Position numbers and translations under genes: made by a program. The notes below the pieces were generated by a model. It saw nothing but the letters and a program-made list of their open reading frames with translations. It had not been told where the DNA came from and searched no databases. From the NCBI GenBank assembly GCA_016839555.1, contig JAEOUA010000008.1:64001-128000 (forward strand): a stretch of 64,000 bases of DNA. The letters run 5' to 3'. The stretch comes from Promethearchaeota archaeon. Its GTDB lineage: Archaea > Asgardarchaeota > Lokiarchaeia > Sigyniarchaeales > SOKP01. This document shows positions 30,121-40,493 of the stretch, one piece after another (the first letter of the stretch is position 1; the number at the start of each line of letters is the position of its first letter).

Positions 30121-30312
30121 TTACCTTCCGCCGGCAATATAAGGCAAGATAACAATTTCGTCTTCTGGACTTAAAGCAGTATCAGGGTCTGCTTTCTTAC
30201 CATTCACCAGAATACCGAAATATTTATCTTCCAAGTCCAGTTCCTTGAGAAGATCTCCTACAGTCATACACTTGTCAGGTGTAAGGGTCTCGTAAATACC
30301 AGATTCTAACAA
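30121..30312 (-). CDS. MoaD/ThiS/SAMP-like beta-grasp protein ending GGR
   Basis: TVGDLLKEL...ILVNG...DEIVILPYIAGGR*; frame stays open upstream. Confidence 0.85.
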   Translation of the reverse strand: MLESGIYETLTPDKCMTVGDLLKELDLEDKYFGILVNGKKADPDTALSPEDEIVILPYIAGGR

Positions 30313-30685
30313 TTCGGAAATTTGTTTCAGTTTTATAAACCTCTTTTATTATAATATTTTTTTACTTATTATATAGATAAATTCATTTATATTTATAACT
30401 TTTTATTATTGGAAAAAAGTCTAATTGTTTTTAATAATAATTAATAGTTTTTAAGAATATATTTAAGAAGAGTAAATATGCGTGATTGCGTTTTTGAATC
30501 TTTTCTTTAGTTAAAAATTTTTGGTTTTTTTAAAATTTTCATTCAATTTATATATTTTTTATAATTCTCCTTTTTAGAACTAGCATAATAATTTACTTAA
30601 CTAACTTTATAGAACGAAAAATAATTACCTTTTAGAATTAAAATTAATTAGCATATATAGAAAACCTCAAGTTCGTTTGAGTTGA

Positions 30686-32350
30686 TCTTCAATTATCGAA
30701 GAAATTACGGATTATTCTGATTATTATCAGAATATAAGGGATGAGATAGCTGAAATTTCTAAAATTTCAAATTCAGAGGAAAGGCGTAAGCAAATCGAAA
30801 AAATAATATCTTCGGTGAATAGCTACATAAAAGAAATGTGTGAATCAGGGAATCGTTTAGAAGCCGGAGAATTACTCTATTCTATAGGAGGATTAATGAA
30901 AAAATATGAGAAATCTCGCGCTTTAGAGTTATATGATAAAACTATTGTACTGTGGGAAGAAGAGATTGAAGATTATAAAACGCAAGGAAAGCTTCATGAA
31001 ATTAGTGAATTATTTCTAAGGATTGCAGAACTATACAGAGAACAATATAATAATGCGGAGTTAGAAAAAAGTTACATACTAAAGAGTATAGAATTTTTGA
31101 TCCAAGAGAGTGATCTTTTAGAAGGGTTTAATGAAGGTAGAAAGCTTGCTCAAATATATCAAAATATTGCTGAATTATATTTAAAGCTTTCAGATATTAA
31201 ACATGCGATTGAGTATTATACAAAAGTCATAAAATTTGCGAAAGAAAATCATTTATTTGATATTCTTCCTTATTCTTATCGTCAAATCTCCTTTTGCTAT
31301 AAGAAACTGAATGATCCTCATAAAGCAAAAGAGATTCTAGTAAAAGCAATTGAATTTTTTCTCAAATTATATCAGAAATTAAGTAAAAAAAATGAGAATT
31401 TAGCAGTTGCCCAAATATGTCAGATTTTAAAAAATCTCTACAGAACATTAAGGGAATGGAAATCATATAGCTATTATTCAAAAAAGGAAGCGGGAGCATA
31501 TATCAGTTTAGCGGAAGGACTCAAAGGAAAAGAGGATGGCTTCTATAAAATCGCCCGGTATTATCGGGGTGCAGCTTTATGTTATAAAGATACTAATGAT
31601 AATCTACTTGAATCTGCCTCTTGTTTTTTGCTGGCTGGGAATTATTGTGAAAAAATAGAAGATTATAATCAAACTGCTATAAACTATTTCGACTCTGCGA
31701 TGATATTTAAAAAAATAAAAAATTACGAATTAGCATATAAGTTATTTATGAAAGCGGGAGATAATTATTCGAAAATAAAGGATCATAATGGTTCAAGTAA
31801 AAGTTATCTTTATGCTTATGAGGTAGCACTGGAAGGAAATTTAGAATTTAATAGTTTTGGCTTATTCAATCAAATAATTCGAGAATTACATATTATGGCG
31901 AAAGAAGGGCTTAAAAATAAGCAATTTTTTAAGGCGGCAACATTAATTCTTGAAAGTATAAAATTTTATGAACAATTAGATAACGCAGAAGAATTTTTAT
32001 TAAAAGAAATGATAAAAAATACCTATAAATACTATTATAGGGCAGCCAATTTAAAAAAGATAGGAACATCTCATATATTAGAATCCTATGCTATTGCCTC
32101 TCTCTCTTTAATTCTTATTGGAAAATTAGAAAAAGCTCGTGAAGTCATTGATGAGATAGATTTAAAAGAGCGAAAAATAGCCACTATTAAAGAAATGATT
32201 AATATAATAATCGAAAGGGTTTTAGATGCTAAACCTGTTGATAAAGATTGCTTTCCGGATCATATTATAAAATTAATTGAAGACTCAGTGGATATTTCAT
32301 ATTTAATTAGCCTTTTTGGAAAAATACATCCTTTCAAATCAAAGAAATAG
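30686..32350 (+). CDS. SNAP/TPR-like helical repeat protein
   Basis: Repeats such as SASCFLLAGNYCEK, AINYFDSAMIFKK, AYKLFMKAGDNYSK; frame is open 43 codons upstream of the GTG at 30815. Confidence 0.75.
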   Translation, partial: SSIIEEITDYSDYYQNIRDEIAEISKISNSEERRKQIEKIISSVNSYIKEMCESGNRLEAGELLYSIGGLMKKYEKSRALELYDKTIVLWEEEIEDYKTQGKLHEISELFLRIAELYREQYNNAELEKSYILKSIEFLIQESDLLEGFNEGRKLAQIYQNIAELYLKLSDIKHAIEYYTKVIKFAKENHLFDILPYSYRQISFCYKKLNDPHKAKEILVKAIEFFLKLYQKLSKKNENLAVAQICQILKNLYRTLREWKSYSYYSKKEAGAYISLAEGLKGKEDGFYKIARYYRGAALCYKDTNDNLLESASCFLLAGNYCEKIEDYNQTAINYFDSAMIFKKIKNYELAYKLFMKAGDNYSKIKDHNGSSKSYLYAYEVALEGNLEFNSFGLFNQIIRELHIMAKEGLKNKQFFKAATLILESIKFYEQLDNAEEFLLKEMIKNTYKYYYRAANLKKIGTSHILESYAIASLSLILIGKLEKAREVIDEIDLKERKIATIKEMINIIIERVLDAKPVDKDCFPDHIIKLIEDSVDISYLISLFGKIHPFKSKK

Positions 32351-32415
32351 ACAAACAGCAATAAATTCAAATTCTGCAATTTAATAATAGAGTTATTATT
32401 TCTTTTTATAGTAAA

Positions 32416-33069
32416 ATGGTTAAAAATTTATTAATTGTTTTTGACTTAGACTTTACCCTTATTAATAACAAGCAAGGAATTATAAATTCTTTTCATTATG
32501 CCTTTTCCAAATATCAGATTCCTTTAATTAAAGAAGAATTATTGGAAAAGACTATTGGGACCCCTTTGGAGGATGTTTTTAAATCTAATACTCATATAAA
32601 TCCTTCCGAATTAGTAAAAGCTTTCCGTGAATATTATGGAAAAAAAGGACTTTATCAGGTAAAATTATATGATGGAGTAATTGAAAAACTTAAGTCTTTT
32701 AAGAAAGCTCAAATAAAAATGGGAGTCGTGACCTCAAAGAAAAGGGAAATGGCCATCAAATTGCTAAGATATTTAAATATTTTCCATTATTTTGATTTTG
32801 TTATTGGAGAAACAGACACTATAAAAAAGAAAACAGATATCCGAGTTAAGCAATTTTTTTATAATAATTTTCCTCATTATCACTATATAATTGTAGGGGA
32901 TCACTTAACGGACAGATCCCTCGCAGAAATGCTTAATTGTCCATTTATAGGACTATTGACGGGATATTTTAAGGAACAAGAATTAAAAACAAACGCACTG
33001 GTTGATGTTGTAATTTTAAACAATATTTCTGAATTAAATCTAAAAACGATTCGTAGTATAATACATTAA
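32416..33069 (+). CDS. HAD family hydrolase (phosphoglycolate phosphatase-like)
   Basis: FDLDFTL, VTSK, VGD..TD. Confidence 0.9.
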   Translation: MVKNLLIVFDLDFTLINNKQGIINSFHYAFSKYQIPLIKEELLEKTIGTPLEDVFKSNTHINPSELVKAFREYYGKKGLYQVKLYDGVIEKLKSFKKAQIKMGVVTSKKREMAIKLLRYLNIFHYFDFVIGETDTIKKKTDIRVKQFFYNNFPHYHYIIVGDHLTDRSLAEMLNCPFIGLLTGYFKEQELKTNALVDVVILNNISELNLKTIRSIIH

Positions 33070-33114
33070 TACGAATCGGGCAATAATACTACTAATTCTT
33101 GATTAAAAAAATTT

Positions 33115-33137
33115 GAAAAGAAAAAAAAGAAAAAAAT
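33115..33137 (-). terminator. Oligo-T terminator-like tract after cdhE
   Basis: Long A runs on the plus strand immediately past the stop codon. Confidence 0.5.
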
Positions 33138-33141
33138 CTGA

Positions 33142-34596
33142 TTAACGATCTGCGTATTCTTTCATATACTCTTCAGGAGTCCACATTTTATTCATATAGT
33201 CGCCAATTCCGGAACTATCTCTTGGTCCAACAAGTACAACACAATCAGCTTCATCCTCTAATGTTCCACTCAACCTTGCTGCCATTCCAGGTATGATTAA
33301 AATACGATGGTTTACTTTATCAAAAATGTTAAATTTTTTGACGGTTTCCGCTATGGATTCAGCATTAAATTGGCCTCCGGCCACGGAAGACTCAATTCCG
33401 ATGCCCTCACTATCCGAGACTAATAAATATGCATCCAAATTCGCCGCTTTAATATCAAGTTCAACAGGTATCTTTGTTAGCCGGTAATTACTCGTAACAA
33501 ATATCGGTGAATTCTCATTTGGTTCTCCCACCTCATATATTCCCTCTTCAACAGAAGGATATATTCTCGGATCAGAGTAAATAGATTGTCGAAGTGTCAT
33601 TAAAGCTAGTAAGGCCCAAATATCCTCCTTCTTTTGACCAGTGTTGAGTACGAGGAGAGATGCTGCCTCTGAAACCATTATAGCACCCATAATTACTTCT
33701 TGATATTTTGCCTTCCAGAGATCTTCCTCCTTAACATCAACTATTTGAGTCCAATAAGCTGCTGGGACTCCCATAATGGGCCATCCTGCATTCTTATTTT
33801 CATTATTAATTCCCGCTATTCGTAATTGGGCTATATTATCATATGTGACTGAGATTCCCCCCTGACCAAAGAAGGTTCCCGGGTCTAAAATAATTTCATT
33901 ACTCCCTAATTTCTGCAATGTCGCGCTAAGAGACATCAATTCGTCTAAATCACTTGTAGGAGTGGATAGCACTATGGGTAAATTATTTTGAACTGCAAAT
34001 GTCCCTAATTGTTCCCACGTATCCTTTGTGGCAGCATATAAGGCTGGCTTTTTATCTTTAATTTCTGTAGCAGCTCCTATTAAAAATTCCGGCTCCATAC
34101 AACATAACATAATCGGTAAGTCCGTATTTTCCGCAGCTTTTTTTGCAGCATTCTTAAACACTTCTCCATCTTTAGACACACAGCGTAATGCAATACCTTG
34201 AATTTTTAATATGTCCCCTATTCTTTCGATTGTCAAATCATCCAAATATTTAATTGCTTCCACTAAATCCTCTTGATTATCGGCTAATTGCAGGAAAAAA
34301 GCGGTTTGATTATAATATGTCAGCTGGTGGCGCATAAGAACTTCTTCACCACCAATAATTACCTCTTTTTCTCCCACACCAATCCTCACGGGTCTCTGAG
34401 GAGGCATGAGCATCTCTTTCAACTTATTGTACTTTTTCTTTTGTTTAGGGTCCTGCATTAAGTGTGTGCAATCTTCTAATCTGAGTTTTCGCTCTAGTAA
34501 GTCTGCAGCGTAAGCCATACAAGTTTCTACTCCACATTCTCCGCAATTAGACTTATCCAGCAAAGCGTATACGTCTAAAGGGCTTGGTCTTGGCAT
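33142..34596 (-). CDS. cdhE: Acetyl-CoA decarbonylase/synthase gamma subunit (corrinoid Fe-S protein large subunit)
   Basis: NCGECGVETCMAYA...C, IGGEEVLMRH, LRQSIYSDP, VTSNY, IIPGMAARL, VGPRDSS. Confidence 0.93.
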   Translation of the reverse strand: MPRPSPLDVYALLDKSNCGECGVETCMAYAADLLERKLRLEDCTHLMQDPKQKKKYNKLKEMLMPPQRPVRIGVGEKEVIIGGEEVLMRHQLTYYNQTAFFLQLADNQEDLVEAIKYLDDLTIERIGDILKIQGIALRCVSKDGEVFKNAAKKAAENTDLPIMLCCMEPEFLIGAATEIKDKKPALYAATKDTWEQLGTFAVQNNLPIVLSTPTSDLDELMSLSATLQKLGSNEIILDPGTFFGQGGISVTYDNIAQLRIAGINNENKNAGWPIMGVPAAYWTQIVDVKEEDLWKAKYQEVIMGAIMVSEAASLLVLNTGQKKEDIWALLALMTLRQSIYSDPRIYPSVEEGIYEVGEPNENSPIFVTSNYRLTKIPVELDIKAANLDAYLLVSDSEGIGIESSVAGGQFNAESIAETVKKFNIFDKVNHRILIIPGMAARLSGTLEDEADCVVLVGPRDSSGIGDYMNKMWTPEEYMKEYADR

Positions 34597-35208
34597 GGTT
34601 ATTAATTCCTATGTTTATTAATTTTAATTATTATAGTTTTATGATTAAATATCAAATTTACTAATATGATTAGGAATATTAAATATTAATTAATAAATTT
34701 GCTTTTTTTTACATTGATTTGAATTTTTTTGATCTTTTGGTCGATGATTTCTCCCTCTTTTAACAGAAATCAATTTTGCTCATACTTTTTTTTATGAAAA
34801 TGATCAGTTTTTTTATTTTTTGTAGTGTTTTGTAAATTAAAGTATATAAAGAAATTTATGTGAAAAATAGGAAAGATAACCTATTAATGTGAAAAAGAAA
34901 CCTCTAAAGCTTATATTGTGTATCTTGTAATGGTGAAATCTCACTATATAAACATTCTCTAAGAAAGGAAATAGAAAGCATCATAAATAGATAAAAAATC
35001 TTTATTTAGTGAAGCTAGAATGATTTTGATTACTTAAAATTTCTAATGTTTTTATTGCTTTTTCTACAATTGAATAATAATTGAAAGCTTCTTTTTTATA
35101 TGTTTAAACAAAGAATAAACAAAGATTAAAAATTTATATAATTAAGATTGATATAATTTTATAGAATTAATTTATTTTTAATTAGAAAATTTTCATTAAA
35201 GAAATAAA

Positions 35209-35409
35209 ATGTCTCAGTCAGAAGTAAAGAACGGTACCGATTTAATTCGGAGATCACCCCATAAACGAAGGAAGTATTGGGCATGGGCAATGGGAGGCCC
35301 AGTTGGATTAATACTAGTAGGGATGTGGGGAAGACTTCAATATTTTAGTGCTCACATTTTATTAATCCCCCAGACTACTATTTTTATAATATATCTTATA
35401 TATTCATAA
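35209..35409 (+). pseudogene. N-terminal fragment of a membrane transporter (MFS/GPH-like)
   Basis: Basic N-tail plus two TM helices ending abruptly at IYLIYS*. Confidence 0.5.
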
Positions 35410-36328
35410 TTGGACAATTACATCCGAATTTGAGAGTGAAAGTGTTTTACCATTAGATCGCATTCCAAAAAAGCTATTAAACAAAGTTGATTTAGATAAA
35501 ATCATTACCTATGAAAAATTAGATGAGTTAATTACAAGTGGAGAATTAAAACCTTTTATATTAACTCAACCCGATGCAAGTCTCCATATTCCTAATATAA
35601 ACCGCACAAATAATTTACGCGGTGTGCCTGCAACAAAAGGGAGCTATTATATTAATTCTCCCTTCTCTGGAAATTACTTGGATTATATTGCTAAAGATGT
35701 TTTAGAATACATGGATTTACATTTTAGAACTATTTCTGATAATCACCATAGAGCTTTGATAGGAGGTTCAATGGGCGGAGCGGGAACCCTGAGAATATGC
35801 CTTGCTTTTCCTGAGAAATTCATAGCTGCGGCTGCTTTAAGCCCGGGAAATTTAGTTCCTGAATTATTAGATTGGAAACTAATGGTTCCTCTCATTAAAG
35901 AACTTTTTGGAGAGAAAATAAGCAAAAGAATGGGAGCGAAAACATGGACGGACATTTTAGACACATGTGATCTTATCTTCTCAAAAGATAATCCTTTACT
36001 CCCATCAATTAAACGAGATAAAAATGGAAAAATTATAAATTTGAACGAGAAAGCGTTAAATAACTGGCTGAAATATGATATAAACAATTTAATTAAAGAA
36101 CACCCAGATGCACTGAAAAAAATTAATTTATTGATTAATTGTGCATATAACGACGAGATGGGCTCAGCAATTGCAGCAAAAGGAATCAATGAAACATTAA
36201 ATGAATTTGAAATTCCTCATCAATTTGAGCTTTATGATGATCCTAAAGCAACATTAAGTCCACACATATTAGGAATTGCTTATCATATTATTCCTGCAAT
36301 ATGCTTTTGCCTCTCTTTTATAAGTTGA
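35390..36328 (+). pseudogene. Alpha/beta-hydrolase (putative esterase), N-terminus apparently missing
   Basis: GGSMGG nucleophile motif, GSYYINS, QPD; frame opens at 35390 with no ATG/GTG/TTG until 35624. Confidence 0.7.
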
Positions 36329-36428
36329 GTTGATATTTTAAGAAAAATTTATACATTCATCTAAATTAAAAAACCTAATATAATAATCAATGCATTTATC
36401 TTAAAAGTAAAATTAATGAGTAATCATT

Positions 36429-37700
36429 ATGAAATTAACTGAAAAATATAGAAAATTGCTATTTGGTTTATATCCTCCTAAATCTTTCGCAAATGGTAAG
36501 TTCAACAAAATTAGTGCTTTTTCAAATATGGGAGTTGTTGAAACGAGCAAAGGTTTAGTTTTATTCGATATATCCTCAAGGTTAAATGGTCCACGAATAT
36601 TTAATTCTCTTAGGGAAATTACAGACAAACCTATTAAATTTATCATATTTTCTCATGGTCATTTTGATCATTGTTTCGGTTACGCGCCTATAATTGATGA
36701 AATTAAGGAGAATGGCTGGGAAATGCCTCAAGTAATTGCTCATGAAAATTGCATGAATCGATTTGAAAAATATAAAATGCTAGATAAATACCTTCATTGG
36801 TTGCATGATCAACAATTCGGTTCTGTCTTAGGAAAGGATAAACAATATAATTCTGCTCACGAGATTCTTAATCCAACAATATTAGTTCGCGGAAATGAAA
36901 ATTACACGTTTAAATTAGGGGAATATACCTTTGAATTATATCATGACAAGGGTGAAACAGATGATCACATATGGATGTTCGTACCTGAAGAAAGGGTTCT
37001 TTTCACAGGAGATTTCATAATATCCTGTTTTCCTAATGTGGGCAACCCATATAAAGTTCAGAGATACCCTAAAGACTGGGCTCGTGCATTAGAAAAAATG
37101 AGAGAAAAGGAGCCTGAGTATCTAATTCCAGGACAAGGACCTCTCATTGAAGGAAAAGAAAAAATCAAAGAGATACTTACAATCACAGCTGAAGTATTAC
37201 ATTTCGTTCATGATGAAGTTGTGAAAAGATTGAATGAAGGAAAGTGGTTTGAACAAATATATCACGAGATGCTAGAAATATTTCCTGAAAAGTTTAATCA
37301 CGAAATCTTAGCACAAGTATATGGATGCTATAGGTTTGCAATACACGCGGTTTATAGACTATATCATGGGTGGTACAATACTGGTAATCCCACAGACCTT
37401 TTTCCCGCGAAAAATAGTGAAATAGCAAACGAATTCTTAAAAATTTGCGATGAAAAAGAGTATTTTATACGAGCTAAAAACCTTTTTGAAGAAGGAAAAC
37501 TGCAGCTTGCCCTTCATATTCTTGATGTAATTATTAATGCTACTAATAGACTCAATATAGAAATTCTTCGAAAAGCTTATGAACTAAAAATCAAAATTTT
37601 GCAACAAAAAGAAGAAAAAGAATCATCATTTATTGCTTCAAATATATTTCTTAATGAAGTTAACAGACTTAAATTGAAGGTATCAAATCTTAGCAAATAA
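36429..37700 (+). CDS. MBL-fold hydrolase, alkyl-sulfatase-like with dimerisation domain
   Basis: SHGHFDH, GETDDH, FPNVGNP, YHGWY.TGNP. Confidence 0.9.
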   Translation: MKLTEKYRKLLFGLYPPKSFANGKFNKISAFSNMGVVETSKGLVLFDISSRLNGPRIFNSLREITDKPIKFIIFSHGHFDHCFGYAPIIDEIKENGWEMPQVIAHENCMNRFEKYKMLDKYLHWLHDQQFGSVLGKDKQYNSAHEILNPTILVRGNENYTFKLGEYTFELYHDKGETDDHIWMFVPEERVLFTGDFIISCFPNVGNPYKVQRYPKDWARALEKMREKEPEYLIPGQGPLIEGKEKIKEILTITAEVLHFVHDEVVKRLNEGKWFEQIYHEMLEIFPEKFNHEILAQVYGCYRFAIHAVYRLYHGWYNTGNPTDLFPAKNSEIANEFLKICDEKEYFIRAKNLFEEGKLQLALHILDVIINATNRLNIEILRKAYELKIKILQQKEEKESSFIASNIFLNEVNRLKLKVSNLSK

Positions 37701-37714
37701 TTCTTTTTTTTTTT
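37701..37714 (+). terminator. Oligo-T terminator-like tract after the MBL hydrolase
   Basis: T10 run right after TAA. Confidence 0.5.
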
Positions 37715-37917
37715 GAGATATTAAACTTTAATTTTGTTTACCTTCGATTTAATATTTGAATAATAGAAATATTTTCTAATTTCGAAGGTAAAAGTTAGAT
37801 ATTTTCAAAATTAAAAAATAAAGATAAAAAAACATTAACCATTCCAAATACAAAATGAAATTTTTTTTAACGACTAATTGTTCTAGAGAATTATAAAATT
37901 TGATAAATTTTTAATTT

Positions 37918-38949
37918 ATGAAACGCAGATATTCTATAGGAAAATTAAAACATCGGGAATTAGAATCACTTATAAAAGACTATATTTCTGATCTTGAACT
38001 TAGAGATGATCAAATTATTTCAGGATCCAAAGTGGGAGAGGATGCTGCAGTAATTAATACTGAAGAAGATTATTATTTAGTAGTGAAAACAGACCCAATA
38101 ACATTCGCAACTGATGAAATTGGCTATTATGTGGTAAATGTGAATGTAAATGATGTTGTATGTACAGGAGCAACCCCTAAATGGTTTCAATCTACAATTC
38201 TTTTACCCGAAAAAAATACCACTGAGAAATTAATCAAATCCATTTTTAAGGGAATCCATGATACTTGTGAATCTATGGGAATTTCTGTAGTTGGGGGACA
38301 TACGGAAATTACAAGCGGAATTGGACGTCCTATCGTAATAGGTTCTTTAATAGGTAAGGTTAAGAAAAATAAATTAGTCTTAAATTCTGGAGTAGAATCT
38401 GGAGACTCATTAATTCTAACAAAAGGTGTTTTTATAGAAGGAACTTCTATTATTGCTAGAGAGAAAAAAGATTTATTAAACAAAAAAGGATTTGACTCTC
38501 GATTTATTACAAAATGTAAGAATTTCTTGTATAATCCTGGCATTAGTGTATATAAAGAAGCTCTTTTAGCAAATAATAATTTTAAAATTAAAGGGATGCA
38601 TGACCCAACAGAAGGTGGATTAACGTGCGGGATCGCAGAGATGGGAATTGCTTCTAACTCAGGAGTAATAATAGAAAGAAACAAAATCAATATTTTACCT
38701 GAACCTAAGAAATTGAGTGAATTTTTCAATCTAAATCCTCTTGGTACTATTTCTTCTGGTTCCTTATTAATTGCGATTGATAAAAAAGATACAAATGATT
38801 TAATCCACTTATTAAAAGAAAATAAAATTAAGGCAATGAAAATAGGGGAATTCACCGAGAAAGAAAAAGGTTTTCTAATAAAGAATAAGAATGGCAAAAT
38901 AAATCCATTAAAATATTCAGAAATAGATGAAATAACTAAATTATTTTAA
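37918..38949 (+). CDS. AIR synthase-related protein (HypE/ThiL/PurM superfamily)
   Basis: GEDAAV, TDPIT, NVND, GGHTE, MHDPTEGG. Confidence 0.9.
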   Translation: MKRRYSIGKLKHRELESLIKDYISDLELRDDQIISGSKVGEDAAVINTEEDYYLVVKTDPITFATDEIGYYVVNVNVNDVVCTGATPKWFQSTILLPEKNTTEKLIKSIFKGIHDTCESMGISVVGGHTEITSGIGRPIVIGSLIGKVKKNKLVLNSGVESGDSLILTKGVFIEGTSIIAREKKDLLNKKGFDSRFITKCKNFLYNPGISVYKEALLANNNFKIKGMHDPTEGGLTCGIAEMGIASNSGVIIERNKINILPEPKKLSEFFNLNPLGTISSGSLLIAIDKKDTNDLIHLLKENKIKAMKIGEFTEKEKGFLIKNKNGKINPLKYSEIDEITKLF

Positions 38950-39488
38950 TAAAACTCTTGATATAAACTCTTTCCGTTTATTTGGGATACTATTAAAGGC
39001 CCAAAATTAACTACATCTAAAAAATATACAGCTTCACATATTCCTAAATCACTCCATAAAATCTTCTCGATCTTCTTAATTTTTTTATTAATAATGGCTC
39101 CACAGCCTCCGGTATAACTTAAATAAACTACTCGATAATCTTCGGTATTTAAATTCCTCATACCTCCTTTTCCAATAATAAATCTGACTTTTAAAATATC
39201 AACTACTTCATTCTGTAATGAATCCATCCGCTGACTTGTAGTCGGACCCCCAGAAACGATTTGATATGAATTTCCTTTTTCTTGAATAATTGGTCCACAA
39301 TGATATATTGCTGAATTTTTTAAAGTTTCAAAAATAGAGGGCAGAGATTTGTTTCTGTATTGCTCAATAATTCTTTTATGAGCTTGGTCTCGAGCGGTGA
39401 TTAGTTTACCGTTTAAAAAAACAATATCGCCTAATTCTAATTCTTTTAATTTATCTGGGCTAACCGGTAATTCAATATTATGATTCAT
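38946..39488 (-). CDS. Class I fumarate/tartrate hydratase beta subunit
   Basis: TARDQAH, HCGP, GPTTSQRM, IGKGGM. Confidence 0.93.
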   Translation of the reverse strand: MNHNIELPVSPDKLKELELGDIVFLNGKLITARDQAHKRIIEQYRNKSLPSIFETLKNSAIYHCGPIIQEKGNSYQIVSGGPTTSQRMDSLQNEVVDILKVRFIIGKGGMRNLNTEDYRVVYLSYTGGCGAIINKKIKKIEKILWSDLGICEAVYFLDVVNFGPLIVSQINGKSLYQEFY

Positions 39489-40374
39489 TTATAATTTCAC
39501 CTCTATTATTCATTGTAAAGGAGGCCCATCGATGAGAATAGCATTGAACGATCAAACCTACTGGAAATGAAGCAGGATGACGCATTGCAACTTCAATATG
39601 AACATCAATGCATGTTAATTTACCACCCAATCCCATGGGTCCAATCTGTAATCTATTAATTTTTTCTAATAGCTCTCTTTCTAATTGAGCGATATCCTTT
39701 CTAGGATGTCTCACATTAATAGGACGTAATAAAGCTTCTTTAGCTAACTTCATTGATAATACAGCATCTCCTCCAATTCCAATCCCTAAAATAATCGGAG
39801 GGCAAGGCATACCTCCTGCTTTTTTAAGAAGATTAATTATTTTTTCTTGAAATATCTGCAATCCATTTAAGGGTTTAAGTTGGAACAGTTGAGATACATT
39901 TTCTGCGCCTCCTCCCTTCGGAAATACAGTTATTTTTAAGGTATCTTTATTATCAAGAATCTTTAAATATATTGGAGGAACATTAATCCCTAGATTTGTT
40001 TCCGGGTTTTCATTGCTAATTGGATCCACAGAATTTCCACGTAAGGGAATAAGCTCGGTTGCGATTTTCACTGCCTTTTCGATAATTTTTCGATAATTTG
40101 AAATTAAAGGAAAATTACTGCCTAATTCTACAAAAAAGTTTAATATACCTGTGTCTTGACACACTGGTATCTTATTATCTCTGCCATAATTAAAATTTTC
40201 TATCATCAAATTTAATTGAGCTTTTGCAATCTCAGATTCTTCAGATTGGAGTGCATCTTTCAATATTTTGATAATTTTTGGACGAGGTTTAATTGAAGCT
40301 CTTCTTATAGCCTCAATTAACGCATTTTCGATATTTTCACTCAATATAGCTAAATTTTCTTGATGGTCAGCCAC
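39478..40374 (-). CDS. Class I fumarate/tartrate hydratase alpha subunit
   Basis: CQDTG, KGGGAEN, CPP, GPMGLGG, HPAS, C-terminal QC. Confidence 0.93.
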   Translation of the reverse strand: MADHQENLAILSENIENALIEAIRRASIKPRPKIIKILKDALQSEESEIAKAQLNLMIENFNYGRDNKIPVCQDTGILNFFVELGSNFPLISNYRKIIEKAVKIATELIPLRGNSVDPISNENPETNLGINVPPIYLKILDNKDTLKITVFPKGGGAENVSQLFQLKPLNGLQIFQEKIINLLKKAGGMPCPPIILGIGIGGDAVLSMKLAKEALLRPINVRHPRKDIAQLERELLEKINRLQIGPMGLGGKLTCIDVHIEVAMRHPASFPVGLIVQCYSHRWASFTMNNRGEIINES

Positions 40375-40493
40375 AATTTGTTCCCTAATATTTTTATTAC
40401 TTTAATTAAATTTAAAAATATAATATTATTATTCTTGATAAATTATTATTCTTGATAATATTGATAAGATAATTAATTTTAATCTGGTAAATA

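Noticed and set aside
30677-30688. In-frame TGA near the N-terminus (TTG AGT TGA TCT; also 20578-20580) as selenocysteine or recoding
   Set aside because: No redox-motif context, no SECIS recognised, and TGA terminates several genes here normally
34885-34995. Short frame LYCVSCNGEISLY... upstream of cdhE
   Set aside because: No start codon and under 30 codons; at most a remnant
35280-35380. GC-rich imperfect hairpins suggesting an IS end or MITE
   Set aside because: Explained by Trp/Gly/Pro codons of the transporter fragment; no terminal repeats or target duplication
38187-38897. Long antisense ORFs (also 17517..18035, 35743..36189, 26793..27134 and other short overlaps in the track)
   Set aside because: Shadow frames opposite well-supported genes; F/S/I/L-rich with no motifs
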